64,000 nucleotides of DNA from Octopus sinensis (Eukaryota), in the NCBI RefSeq assembly GCF_006345805.1, contig NC_043003.1:89280001-89344000 (forward strand), given 5' to 3'. Shown piece after piece: positions 1-13,671 of this stretch; the stretch's first letter is position 1; every line of letters begins with the position of its first letter. The translations under genes and the position numbers were made by a program. The notes under the pieces were generated by a model that had not been told where the DNA came from, made no database searches, and worked only from the letters and a program-made list of their open reading frames with translations.

Positions 1-445
1 AGTTTCTACAGCTGGATGCCCTTCCTAACGCCAACCACTCTGAGAGTGTAGTGGGTGATTTTACATGCCACCGGCATGAGGGCCAGTCAGGCAGTACTGG
101 CAAGGGCCATGCTCAAATGGTTCTTTTTTTGTGCCATCTGCACAGGAGCCAGTCTAGTGGCACTGGCAACGACCTTGCATGAATGTTTTTTCATGTGCCA
201 CCAGCACAAATGCCAGTAAGGCGATGCAGGTAACGAACACGCTCGAATGGTGCTTTTTACGTGCCATCGGCATGGAGGCCAGCTTGTTGCTCTGCTAACG
301 ATCACGCTTGTATGGTACTCTTAGCGCTCTATTAGCACAGATGCCAGTCATTGAATTTGATTTCGATTTCACTTGCCGCGACAGGTCATCGCAGGCAGAG
401 TTTAGTGTCCACTGAAGGAAAGGTACGCATAAGTGGGCTGGTTAA
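1..445 (-). mobile_element. RTE 3' UTR fragment
   Basis: Same GGATGCCCTTCCTAACGCCAACCACTC motif and UTR modules as the other RTE copies. Confidence 0.75.
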
Positions 446-2149
446 AACTTCATGCATTGTTCATCTTTCACATCTTACAGTATGCGTTATAACAACTTTT
501 ATCATCACAACTGCTGACTTCGACACCACATCATATTGTTCACAAATCAATCTCACCCGTTACATTTATATAAATTTGATGCACAATATATGGATTTATA
601 TAATCCAGTAGTAATCACAAAAGAAGCTTCTGTAGTAGACTCAGCTACAAACAATATAGTAAACCAATACATAGGTATAATGTAGAGTCCTATGCAGTTG
701 AAATCCAGTATATCCAATCAGTGAAAATTATTTCATAAAGTGTATATAGAATATAAAGAAAATCAGAAGGCCTAAGATGAATATATTTATTTATTTCCAT
801 AGGATGATGATTGTTTCACAGCCAACATCATGTGAAAATAATGAATTATTTTACATATCTGCACTAGTTTGTATACTATAAATTGCATAATATTATTGTA
901 CATTTTAGAAACGAATGCAGATATACAAGGTTAGTTCTTCAGATCAGCAGAATATCAGTATACTGGAGTTGAAAATTGATGTAACCATGATATATTTATC
1001 TTCAAAAAGTCAGCGTATTTTCTTAGAATGTCTGCTTTCAGGTAGACATTCCTCAATTTTGATGCAAAATGTTTGATGGAACTTGCTAAACAGTCTACAT
1101 CAAACAGAATGTTCACATCTATCCTCTTGTCTCCAGACCTCCCACCACATAAGCAAACTGATTTTTCCTTAATGGCATGTTAATTCTGATGAATTGATGA
1201 ATTTTTTTTCCAGATTATCTACCCTACTTGTTCACATTACTATTAGCTGTTTGTTTAACCTCTCTTGAATTAGCACAACATTAATATATACTTTGTAAAA
1301 ACATAGCAACAAAGTTTTAGTAAATCATTGCATAAAACTAAACCTAAATGTAGTAAAAAACAAAAAGACTTTAACTGAAATGTTAGTTATATTATTTCCT
1401 CCAAAACCCTCTGTAACATATCACATTTTAAAAATATTTACTATATTGAATCTTGCCATAGCGATTGCATATATAAGCTCTAATATATATGGACATTTTC
1501 TGATTCTCTAACAAGAAAGAAAAATTTATATAGAATGGATGGTATAAAGGCAAGGGAGCACATCAGAACTATTATGAATAACTAATTTAGGGTTGAAAGT
1601 TGTAATGGTTAACTTCCAGCTGTCCATTTGGACTTTCATTACTTTTAGAATATGAAAAATAAAATTCCAGATCTATTTAGTAGGAATCTGGATGTTTGCT
1701 ATAGGGGTTCTGATCCTGAGCCCAAACTTTCCTAGAATAATTCTTTCTAATTTTGGCAGAAAGCTAATAATTTTGAGGGAAGAGAAATGCTAATTACATC
1801 AATCCTAGGAACCAACTGATTTTAATGAGCCCAAAAAGATGAAAGACAAATTTGACCCTGGCTGCATTTGAACTCAGAATGTAAAGAGCTAGAAGAAATA
1901 CTGTTGAGCATTTTGTCCTGCATGGTAATGATTCAGCCAGTTCACCATTCTAACCTTCCGAGAGTAATGAACTTACATTCTGTCTGGAATAATAAACATC
2001 ACTTATTCACTAAATATTATAGAAACTTGGATGCTCTCTACTTTTAGAAGGTAAAACGGTGCTGAAATTAAGAGTATAATCTAGATAGTTGCAACTGAAG
2101 TTGTTTCTAGAAAAAATATATTTGAGAGATCAAAATTACAAATACTTAC

Positions 2150-2257
2150 CATTTTTACACATTTTTCTGGCTTTTGAATTTTAAACATGCATGTTTCCAA
2201 ATCATAAATAAACTTTACATAAATGTTAGGGTCTTCTAAAACGTGTATTGCACAGGT
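2150..2257 (-). CDS. IFI30: GILT/IFI30-like, coding exon 4
   Basis: Polypyrimidine+TAG acceptor, 108 nt, TCAIHVLEDPNIYVKFIYDLETCMFKIQKPEKCVKM, GTAAGT donor. In phase 0 with exon 3. No further exon recognised in 1-2149. Confidence 0.85.
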
Positions 2258-3154
2258 CTACAAAACAGAAAAAGCAATTTTAAAATATTGGTTTCTTTCA
2301 ACTAGGTACAAAACTCTAAAGAAAATAGGATATTATGAAACAATATAAATATTGTGATTTTAGCAACAAAGCAGAAGTAAAACTTCAGCAAAGAATCAAA
2401 ACTGAGCTAGATTCTTAGTTCACTATAGGACTGGACCATACCTTTAGTTTATTACAAAAACTATAGAGTATTCTTAATTAATTATAAGCTTATCACTTAC
2501 ACTTTACATTTGTTGCTATGAGTTTGAAAATAATGATTTCTTTCAAGTGGATAAGAGAGAAGACAGCCAGGAATACAGAAAAGAATCAAAATTTGTATAT
2601 ATTCTGGGAAGACCAAAGGTTTGAATTATGCTAAATCATTGGAAAGAAGTCTGTTCAAAATGACATTGGCATCTTTCTTAATGGTTATTCAACAAGGAAT
2701 TTGAGTCATATAGTGAAAATCTTCTTTGAGTAGAACCCAACAAAGGCAGTAACTACTAAGGTTACCACAGAAATCACTAATTATGAAATTAGGGACCTAA
2801 AAGCTGTAAGTTCATCTACGATAGTTACAGGGATGCTAAATGTACCAGGTTTCATACTCTACAAGCTTCTACATTAATTAAGTAATGACTGGCAGAGCAG
2901 TGTTATTATAAACTACAATAAAGGTTTGTATAAAAGAGATGAGTTTACAAAAGGTTCAGATTAATGTATGAGATTAGTTGAAAGGGATTCGTAAAGATGC
3001 TAGAGCAAGATGGGGGGGGGGGTAGTTTCAATAACATTGTTTGGATTTATTTAGGGTTTAGAACTACAAGAGCAATAGTTCAACTATATTTCATGATTAT
3101 AGGCTGAGAAAACTTTCTGTAGTCTGGTGGGAGAGCAAAATTTTCAAAAATAGA

Positions 3155-4619
3155 CTAGACTACCAGTGACCTGTTGGGTCACCAGTAGTTCAAGGTACCC
3201 AAAAAAACTGCATATCTCAGGAATCCATGGTCTGGTTTATGTGAAACTCCTGTTATTCCATGTGTATTCACATTTCAACGATACCTTACTTTCAAAGCAT
3301 TTCCCCATTATACACTGGTTTGGCTATTTATAAAAGTACCTGAAAAAACAGCACATCTCAGTAACCTGTGGTCCGATTTACACAAAACTTGGTTTATTCT
3401 GTTTGTATTCACATGATCATCCAATTCATGATGTCTCCTGCTTTTGTTTCTTTCCCTCTGTTTCACCAGATGCTCAGCTCTTCAAGTGTCCAATTCCTGA
3501 TCTCTCCTGCTACTGTCTCTTTCCCTCTGATCCACCGGATACTCAGCCCTTGCTTTATCAGTCTCATCAACTCTTATACTCACATGCCTGTCCCAATCTT
3601 GGGTAAATATTTCATAAAGAACCCATTGGTCCTCTGGTGTGAAATAATTTTTTCCACGGGTTTTTTCGAGTGCATTCAAAGTATTTCACCTCCAAACCCA
3701 CTGCAAGCCACTTTCTTCCAGAAAAGAAAGTGAGGAGGGGTTGTGGGGACCTCACAGTTTCCCACCAACAATTTTATTTTGTGTTTTTTTTTCTTTTCCA
3801 GGTTATTTTGCATGCTTTCAATGAATGTGACATCGAAATCACACGTAAAGAGCTCCTTTCTCCAGAAAAGGAAAGATTTAGTTGCTATTTCTTGCTCAGC
3901 CTGCTACCATGTAACAGCTATTTATGGTCTTTTATTGCAAATAGCTTGTTACGTGGTAGCAGAGCATGTTAGAAATAGCAGCCAAATCTTTGGTGATGAG
4001 ATACGTTTTCACACTGAGGTCTTTTACAAAATATTTACCTTATTTTTAAAGTCATTTTCACTTTAAAATATTTTTTAAATATGCCAAAAAAAATTTTTGT
4101 AATGGTATTTACTTGAAAATAATTTTTAAAACGATTAAACTATTGTCTGTTTAAAGAAAGCTAAAATATAAATACTTACTGTACAAATAACTTACATGTT
4201 TAAAATCACTTTCACTTAAAAATATTTGTAAATGATTAAAATATTCTGTTTAACAAAAGTGAAAATAGAAACTTTTAATGTAAAAAACAATTCATATATT
4301 TTTCCGTTGGCAAGTTAAAGTCACTAATACTTTTACCCATTGTAATGTGTCTAATCGAAAGGTTAGAGTTTTTTTTCCTTTACAGGATTAATTTATTTTC
4401 TGAGTATTTTCCTGTTATGCACTGTTTTGGGTATTTATACCTCCAAAGCCCCCAGTATCGCCAAAACCAGTTGTCCAATTTATGCAAAACTTGTTTTATT
4501 CCGTTTGTATTTACACTTCAGGGGAATCTTAATTCATAGTATTTTCCCATTATGCACCAGTTTGGCTGTGTAACATTGCAAGCAAGCAAGAGTGAAGTTC
4601 ATTTTCAATATAATATAGA
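3155..4619 (-). mobile_element. Non-autonomous Helitron-like element
   Basis: A|TCTATATTATATTG...(CTTG)n 5' end. GTGACC-N5-GGTCAC hairpin and CTAG|T 3' end. Diverged internal repeats. Confidence 0.6.
3874..3989. repeat. About 50-bp-arm hairpin (MITE-like, GGCTGCTATTTCTAG family)
   Basis: Imperfect inverted arms around a short loop. The same 15-mer forms an inverted pair at 32251-32265 and 33222-33236. Confidence 0.55.
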
Positions 4620-6422
4620 TGAATGTCTCATGAGGACATTTCAAGTCATATCGAATAGTGATGTGAAAAAGGTTAGGGCAGGCAATTAATTTATATAATA
4701 TTGGTTTCTTCAGTATCTCAGACCTGTATTTTCATCATAGTTCTTGAGGTATAAATGAAGAATTGAATTCCTCAGGAACTTTCATATGCTGAATCTAATT
4801 CTAGAATCTGTTCAGGTGATGTAGAAAAAGTTCCATGGAAGGATAGACTGGAGTTAATAGGGTCAAAGACCAAATTATTAATCAGCAACACAAAGCACAA
4901 AAACCCAGTGATAACTTAAAAGTGCTTTTGCATTATTTGTAGAAAGGTGATAAGCAGAAATATAATAACAATAATAATATGTATTTGGTGTGTTCAATGA
5001 ATAAAGAAAAGGTAACATGGGGTCAGAATGACAAAACAATAATGAGCTTAGACAAACACTAGATGTACAGGAGATTCCATTAAACAAAATCCTTTTATTG
5101 TCCAGATCTCTTGCTAGTTGTAGTAGTTTCTTTTATCTAAGAATTAGTGATGAAAGTAGAAGTGAAAGTAAAGAAGTGGTGTTAGTAGGTGAAATTTCAG
5201 AGCTCTGTTCTTGCATTGGCAACAAAGGATATCTTTTTCGATATAAAAGACACAAAAGACATAGTTGCTGTCATGTAACCTCAAATAAAAAGATGAAAGG
5301 GAGCACAGGGTCGAGAGGGGTGTCAATAAGCTATTCTGTAAAACTCCTCTCACCCATACCAGCAGACAAAAATAGGTGTTAAAAGACTATTCCCAATGAT
5401 TTTCATTAAGCAGAGGCAAGGTTAATTTTGTACAATATACACAACTGCAATATGAACCACTACAACATAAACTATTACAATATATGAGGGTGGGCTGAAA
5501 AGTTCCTGACTTTAGGTAAAAAAAATATAAGAGGATCAGTTAATCATGATTTTACTCAACATATTATTTTTTTAATTATTTCTATTATTTATTTTTACTC
5601 TGTGGTATCTAACATGTCCAAGCAACAAGAAAGTATTTATACTACAGCTTGATCTGCTAGAAATTACATCAAATCTCATGTTTTCATCTTGAGAAAAAAA
5701 AAGATGGATACAAGTTGTATGTCTAGGACTACATTATTCAATCTGTGTTTCCTTTTTTTAATAATGTAGTCCTGGATATATTATGTCTGATAAAAAGACA
5801 GGTTGATTATAATTATAATAACAGGTTGGTCATAGATGGATTACTTTTGATCAAAAATAAGCACTTAATTACAGGTGTGCCAAGTTGCTGAGATCTAGGT
5901 ATCTGTGTCCATAGACACAGCACAGCCATAGTGACAAGATGTAAGCCTCTACATCACAGTTTACTGTCTTTACCTTCTGAACTCAGTCATTTGCACAGTG
6001 TTAAGTAGGATATGCTATATTTCTTTTTTTGAGTTTTCTTTCCTTTGAAAAATCAAATTTGGCAAACCTAAAATGCTTTCATAAATGGAAATCTGAATTA
6101 AAGTTTTCAAAATTATGAATTGAAATTTGAACTTGAATAGTAATAGAATGTTTTTCTGTTTTTCAATTCTTGTTTTTTTTTTTTTTTGACAAACGTTAAA
6201 ATTTTCATTTTACTTTAATTTTTTTTTTCAATTTATGAAAAAGTTTTATCCATTTTCAAGATCAAAAATATTGAAAACTAAAAAACATAATTTGAACAAA
6301 ATAAAATGAAAGCAAATGTCTTCTATGGTTAGGAAAAAAAATCACATTTTGGCATTAGTCTTAAAGAATTGGTAAACCTACTAAGTTCAAGTGATATATG
6401 TTAGGAATTTGATGAGACTGAC

Positions 6423-6497
6423 CTCTAAAATATTCACTGAGCATTCCTCAGCACCATGCTGACAAGTGAATTTCCAACTTTTACCATCCTTCTGCTC
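6423..6497 (-). CDS. IFI30: GILT/IFI30-like, coding exon 3 (GILT signature)
   Basis: CAG acceptor, 75 nt, EQKDGKSWKFTCQHGAEECSVNILE, GTCAGT donor. With exon 4 it completes CQHGx2ECx2Nx4C. Confidence 0.93.
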
Positions 6498-7185
6498 CTG
6501 GAAAAAAAAAAAAAAAAAATAATAAAAACCTTTCAACCAGATTAATAATGATTTCTGATTTAGGCATAAGTCAAACAATTTTGAGGGGAATGGGGGTTAG
6601 TGATACTACTGAACCCAGTACTAAACTGATACTTTATTTTATCAGCCCTGAAAGGAGGAAAAATAAAGCTGACCTTGGTGGGTTAGAATGTAGAGAGCCT
6701 GAACAAACAATTTTTTCTGATACCTTAATAATTTTTCTACCTTACCACTTTTGGTTTCTATTTTATACACAACTCCACTAATTTTGAGATGAGAGTGTTA
6801 GTTGATACCATCAGCCCCAGTACTTGACTGGTATTTTATTTTATCAACTTTAGAGGGATGAAAGACAAGGTGGACCTTGATGTGAAAGAAATAGCAAAAG
6901 GTATTGATTTTCCTGATGCTCTAACAATTCTCCAAGCTCATCACCTTCCAACCAGATTAATAGTACATGGTAAAAACTTATAATCTGTGAAAATATACAT
7001 ACAGTTAACAATATTATTATATTGACTTTTCATTTATTTTGTGGTGTCAAAATTTTAATCACACAACAGCAAACTTGGTCATTTGCAGTGGAACTGTATC
7101 AATGTGCAGTGGGACGATGAAGATTTTGCTGCCTCACAAAATAAATCAATAGTGAATATAACAATTTTTGTGTTAATACATGACA

Positions 7186-7405
7186 CCTCTTTAGCATTTA
7201 AACTGGCCATACTCGAACCCAATCTTCTACCTGTTTCTGTTCAAACTGACCAGATCTAGTTTCTCACACCTTCCCCACAATGTCATTCTAAAAATAAATA
7301 CTTACATCATTGCAATCTTTTTTCTAGAAGATGATGTGCAATTAATTCAAAACGGTGTGAATAAATAAGTATTACATTTGACAGAATAATCTGAATGCTA
7401 AAGGG
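7186..7405. mobile_element. Degenerate piggyBac-like MITE
   Basis: Termini CCTCTTTAGCATT / AATGCTAAAGGG. TSD eroded. Confidence 0.5.
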
Positions 7406-7744
7406 TTCAATGACTTTTCCATGATGTAACTACTTCCATTTCCAAAAATGATCTCAGTTGTAGTCACTTGCCAAACAAATACAACTTTGAGGTTAGGGTT
7501 GGCTAACTCCTTATTTAAAAATATGATAGAAAGATAATCTTGCTGGCTGTCATTAAAAACTGATGGGGAAATAGGTTTCTACAAAATGGTTTCTCCTCTG
7601 CATCATCCTTAGTGAAAATGAAATCTCTAATGGTGAGTTTTAAAGGCCTATTAATGGTTATAAGACATATCTATTTTATAACAAGGAATATTAAATGAAG
7701 TATAACTTTAAAACAAGGAGAATTATCTACAAAAAATTACTTAC

Positions 7745-7918
7745 ATAAGCATTTCCATATGGCACCAAGCCAAGGTTGATAATTGATTTAAGTTTTATGA
7801 AAGTAGGAAACAACTGCTTAATGATGAAGTTTTGGCAATCAGGACAGAGGGCTTCATAATAGAGAGTAAAATTAACGAGTTGATTACGAGACTTCCACGC
7901 TGCACATTGATTCAATAC
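7745..7918 (-). CDS. IFI30: GILT/IFI30-like, coding exon 2 (active-site CPDC)
   Basis: CAG acceptor, 174 nt, VLNQCAAWKSRNQLVNFTLYYEALCPDCQNFIIKQLFPTFIKLKSIINLGLVPYGNAY, GTAAGT donor. The YYEALCxxC and LVPYGNA motifs are typical of GILT. Confidence 0.93.
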
Positions 7919-8696
7919 CTGAAAATTTATTTAAAAAAAAATAAAATGAAAAGAAAGTAAAACAGAAAATTTATTATGAACTGGACACCATAAGAAATAC
8001 AGTTGTTGTAGGTTTCCTAATAATAGTAAATAAAATTATGTAAATTTGTCCCAAGGAGTGTTCAAGGACTTAGCATTTAGGAGTATTTAAGTGCTTAGCC
8101 CTCGTTTCATGGTATTAACTCTATTGTTGATAGTTCTTGATGTTTCAAATACTTTCTTCTTATGAAAAGGAAAACATTAAAAACTTGGATGAGATAAAAG
8201 AAATTTTTATACTTGGAAGGCATTATTACATGCAAGAAATCATTATCTAGTGATTGTTGTAGAATTAATCATACAAATGCCGCTGCTGCCATTTAAAGTT
8301 CACTTTTCCATGTTTGCATGGATCAGATGGAATTTGTTAAAGTAAAATTTTTACAGTTGGAACTCCTTTTTCTTGTCAGCCTTCATTTGTTTCCAGGTAG
8401 GGTAATATTTCCCCATGGCCAGACATGTTTTCCACAGAAGACTGGAAATGAAGTACATCATTCACATGATGATAATGTTCATTTACAACCTTCATGTGAT
8501 ATCTAGACAAGGGTATACATGCACACATGAGAGGCTGCTTTTAATTTCCACCAATCAGATCCACTCACAAGATCTTGGTCAGCTATAGTAGAAGACATCT
8601 GACCAAGGTGCCATGCAGTGAGGCTGTATCCAAGACCACTCAGTTGGGAAACAAGCTGCTAAACTACACAACCATAAAAGACAAGTACATATATAT

Positions 8697-10211
8697 CAGC
8701 CCCCTTCTATTCATCATAGTCCTCCAGGCAATAACAGAGGAATTTAAGATGGGTTGTCCCTGGGAGCTCCTCTATGCCGATGACCTAGGCCTTGTAGCAG
8801 AATTGCTACTGGAACTAGAGAAGAAATTTCGTGTGTGGCAGCTAGGTTTAGAATCAAAAGGCCTTAGAGTCAATGTAGCAAAGACCAAAGTTCTAGTAAG
8901 TAGGAAGGCAAACTCACCACACACCCCTTCAGGTAGGTGGCCCTGCTCGATCTGTAGAAAAGGTGTAGGTAGAAACTCCATAAGATGTACCCAGTGTAAG
9001 CTATGGACACATAAGAGGTGCAGCAATATCAAAGGAAAATTAACCGAGAAGATAGCTTTCGTGTGCGGCAGATGCACAGGGGCAATTGACACCATTGCTA
9101 CTCAGAAAACAGATTCCATCACACTCCAGGGGAAGAAACTAGAAGTATTTGATAGTTTCTGCTACCTAGGTGACCAAGTTAGTAGTGGGGGGTGGATGCT
9201 CAGAGAGCGTTACCACTAGAATAAGAATAGCTTGGGCAAAGTTTAGGAAGCTTCTCCCCCTACTGGCGACAAAGGGTCTCTCGCTCAGAGTGAAAGGTAG
9301 GTTGTACGATGCATGTGTGTGAACTGCCATGCTTCATAGCAGTGAAACGTGGGCTGTGACTGCGGAGGACATGCGTAGGCTTGAAAGAAATGAAGCTAGC
9401 ATGATCCGCTGGATGTGTAATATCAGTGTCCATGCACGACAGAGTGTAAGTATCCTGAGAGAAATGTTGGACATAAGAAGCATTGGATGCAGCATGCAGG
9501 AGAGATGATTGTGTTGGTACGGTCATGTACTAAGGATGGACGAGGAGAGATGTGTGAAGAAGTGCCACTCCCAAACTGTTGAAGGAACCTGGGGTAGAGG
9601 CAGACCCAGGAAGACATGGGACGAGGTGGTCAAGCATGACCTTCATACTTTGAGCCTCACAGAGGCTATGACGAAAGACCGAGACCTCTGGAGATATGCT
9701 GTAACTTCGAAGACCCGACAAATGAAGTAGAGTGACTCGCTGTTCTTGAGGATTTGAAGACCCAACAAATGAAGTGAGTTCATGCTTGCAGGACAGCCTG
9801 CTGCGCTGACCTTGGATCATAGAGTGACTCCCTGTTCTTGAGGAGACCTGTTGAGTCAAGTTCGTCAACATAAAAAATTCGAATGGTAATTGTAGTTAAG
9901 ATACCAGTGCTGGTGACACGTAAAAGCACTGTTCAAGCGTAGCAGTTACTGGCGTCCGTGTCGGTGACACATAAAAGCATAAACTGATCATGGCCATTTG
10001 CCAGCCTGCGCTGGCTCCTGTGCCGGTGGCCCCTAAAAAGCACCCACTACACTCACGGAGTGGTTGGCGTTAGGAAGGGCATCCAGCTATAGAAACACTG
10101 CCAAATCAGACTGGAGCCTGGTGCAGCCTCCATGGCTTACCAGACCCCGGTCGAACCGTCCAACTCATGCTTGCATGGAAAACGGACGTTAAATGATGAT
10201 GATGATGATGA

Positions 10212-10213
<2 letters not shown>
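8697..10213 (+). mobile_element. 5'-truncated RTE LINE
   Basis: [10 protein letters not shown]...[10 protein letters not shown] motifs, zinc finger, C-terminal RGRPRKTW, 3' UTR and (GAT)n tail abutting (TA)n. Confidence 0.9.
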
Positions 10214-10275
<62 letters not shown>

Positions 10276-10384
10276 AAATGTGCATAGAATAATATATCAG
10301 TTGAATAAAGTTAAAACATGGTCTGGTTTTCACATTTCTTATTATGAAATGCTAAAAAAATATTTTTTTTTTACAATGTTGAAG

Positions 10385-11680
10385 TAAAACATTAAAAAAA
10401 TATTTTATAATGTTCATAAAGTTCTATTAGCACTTTCATATGTTTATAGTAATCATCAGATTTCAAAATGTATTTGACTGACAGTTGAGTTCTTGACAAC
10501 TGTAGTAAAATGACTAACTTCTTTCTTTTGGAACCTCTTAGAATGCTCCAACAAGCCGAATTTTTGGAATATGGTTTTGACCAATCTGTATGCAGCTTAG
10601 ACATCATGTTTGCTGGGTGTACCAATATTGCTGGTATAGATCCTGCCTTTATTTTAACCAATTAGCTTGCAGTTTACATGTAATGGTATTATGAGTGAGC
10701 AAACTTAATTGGTTTTTATCATTTTTATTTCAATTGGTGGGAGTCTTCTGTAATTTGTTTATATTCATATGTTAAAGATATTTTCTAATCCACATCATTA
10801 ACTGGTTGTTATTTCCATTCAGAACAGGTTTGAACATTTTGCTAAACCGTTTTTCTTCTATCTTTCTTCCAACTTCACTTGTGTTATGTAGTTTGTGGAA
10901 AAGAAAAAGATTAGAAACATTTTCTGATCATAAGTCTCAATATGTTTGCTCAATGGAATTTGGTGAACATTGGTGTTCCAGATTTGTTGTCTGTGGACTC
11001 GTGAGCATTCCAATAATACAATCCCTGTCTCGCCAATTGCATTCTGTTGTTTTGGGCAGATGTGACAGGAAATCAATGAAACTGGGTATGTGATTACATA
11101 GTGGTTTTAGGAAATGTCAGTGAGGTTGCTCAGATGATGTGTAGGACAGGCTGAACTATCTATAATGGGTCTTAGTTTAAGGCCTTTTGGTTGTAGTGGT
11201 TTTATGTATTCACTACCTTGTTCCTTTATAGCATTTTGCATTTCTTTTGACTTATGTATTTTAGGTAAGCCCTAGAAGTTGCTGGATTTTGACTCAAAAT
11301 TGGTAATATAGTCTCTTTCATTAGAAGTGAGGGAGTTATGTTTTGAGACTAAATAATTGAGTTTCTTCATCATGTGGTGGTCAATATTTGAGAGTATTTC
11401 ATGGTAGAACAACCAGTTAATGATGTAGATTAAAAAATATCTCTAACATGAATATAAACAAATTACAGAATATCGGTACACCAGGAAAACTGTGATATTT
11501 AAGCTACATGCAGATTGGTCAAATAGCTATTCTAAAAATTCAGCTTGTTGGAGCATTCTAAGAGGTAATATAGTTATCAAGAACTCAACTGTCAGCAAAA
11601 CACATTTGAAATCTAATGATTACTCTACGTATGAAAGCAATAATTTAACTCTATGAGCATTACAAAATATTTTTTCTAAT
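10385..11680. mobile_element. Degenerate Penelope-like element with inverted LTR-like arms
   Basis: Minus-strand GIY-YIG remnant (CHICPKQQNAIGETG...R..VHRQQ) at 10858-11076. About 10385-10810 and 11407-11680 are inverted repeats. Confidence 0.7.
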
Positions 11681-13671
11681 GTTTTATTGTGTCTGGGGAG
11701 AATTATTCTCTTTTAGTGCCTTCTTAATTTAACAGACTCACTGGTCTTATTTCCACTCATTTACTTATTTATTTTTACTACTATTTTCATTGTGTCTTGC
11801 TACCTTTTCAATAGTCGTTAACTCTGTTATTGGCACTGCATTCTTTTTCTGTTTGTTTGTGCGCATTTGTCAGTGTGCATGCACATACACATATGTATGT
11901 GTGTGTGTGCATGTATGTGTGCGTGCATGTATATGTGTATGCATAAGCACATGTTTGTATGTATGTACCCTGCATGTATGTGTGTGTGTATGCATATATA
12001 TATATATATGTATGCATGTGTGCTCGTTTGTATGTATGTATTCTGCATATCCATGTGCTTGTGTGTTCATGTTTGTGTGTGCATATCTCAGAGAGTGCAG
12101 ATGCATTCCACCAATGCTACACATACATACATACATATGTGTATACACATGCACTCTGAAGCACACAAAAAAATTAATCTGGTGAATGTGTTAAATAATA
12201 AGGCACTAAAAGAGAATGACTCTCCCCAGACACAATACAATAAATATGTTATGTGTTATGCACACAAAATATATGAACTGAAATGAATAAAAAAACACTG
12301 TATATTTTAAATTGGAAATGAAGTTACAGAAAGATACAGGCATGTAAAATAAAACATACATCTTCTCGTTCATCTGTCTCTCTGCAAATATGATTAACAT
12401 GAAACAAAAGGGTAATGAGAAGGAAAAGAAAAAGATAATGAAACAAAAGTTTGTCCAAGGAAAAGTTTAAAGTCTGATAAATTCACAGAAAAACGAAAAC
12501 AAACTAAAAAAAATAATAACTCGCATTTATTGTGTTTGCCACCCTTCCTCAACTAGCCTCTCGCTTCTCTCAGGTTGCCCACCGGCACCGACGCTGCGCA
12601 TGCAGACCCCTTCCGACTGTGCCAAAAGCTCAATCGCAAACTAATTGAAGACGATATTTCTCTAGTCTCAAGCGAGTGCTCAACAACAGGGTCGATTCTT
12701 CCACACGTGTGCCCCTCTGGGTCCGCTCATTTTTGTAAGGGCTGTTGATGTTACTCGATCAGTCCACTCGCCCTTCAATGTCTGCTACTTGGATGGCTCG
12801 GCTCAGTCTGTAGTAAGAGACCTTCAGCAGGTCACAACTACCTTTATCTCTATATCTACCTCCTTTCACATGACTTAGTAGTAAGCAGTAACCAAAAACT
12901 AGAAATTCTCTAACAAACTAACATTTGTATTCTATTTACAACTTGATGAAATTGTGAATAGGTAATGGTTGAATTAAAGTTGCGTAGACTATAAACTATT
13001 TCTTCTGTCAATTTATTTCCAAGAATCCTGAAACCATTTACGCAACTCGCAGCTTTTCTTTAAATACAACCTTTTCAACTTTACTCAAGCTGCCTCGACC
13101 AAACTTATTAAACCTGTCATTGTATGTTAATGTAACTAAGTTTTTTTTTTTAATCCGTACGAAAATGACCTGCATCGATAAATAGTCATATTTTCATGCA
13201 GGAAGAAGACAACTTGGCTAATCGTCTTAAAACATACACTCATTAAGTAATGCAGTTAGCTGACGGGATGTTCAAGGCCCGAACGTTTTCGATCAGTAGT
13301 CTACTCGTTCAAGACTGATCTGAGGTTAATCAATAAAATATGCATTCAAACAAAATATTTCAACGATAGAAATGCTTTTGTTTCAAATGATTTCTCTTTA
13401 CTTAGACACGCAACCAAATTTGTAAGGGATTACTTATTTATATACATAATCGAACATGTTGTTATCCATCTCAGACGGGTGGAAGTTAGGTTCGTAATGG
13501 ATTTGAAGAATGCAACGTAAGACAGAAGACAACGCCAAAAACTTTAATGCATCTCCGTCATCTCGACATCCCTAATTAAAACAGAAATAAAATATCTAAG
13601 AATATTCTCTTTATCTCCCCTATTACTAATGTTACAGCTGTTCTCTCCATACATAAACATATATCACTTAC

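Noticed and set aside
900-1300. Possible further GILT exons, or a hammerhead (CTGAAGA at 937-943, CTGATGA near 1186)
   Set aside because: No frame gives the expected PxHxYVPW region, and the boxes lack GAAA and stems. Possibly an old GIY-YIG relic, too degenerate to call.
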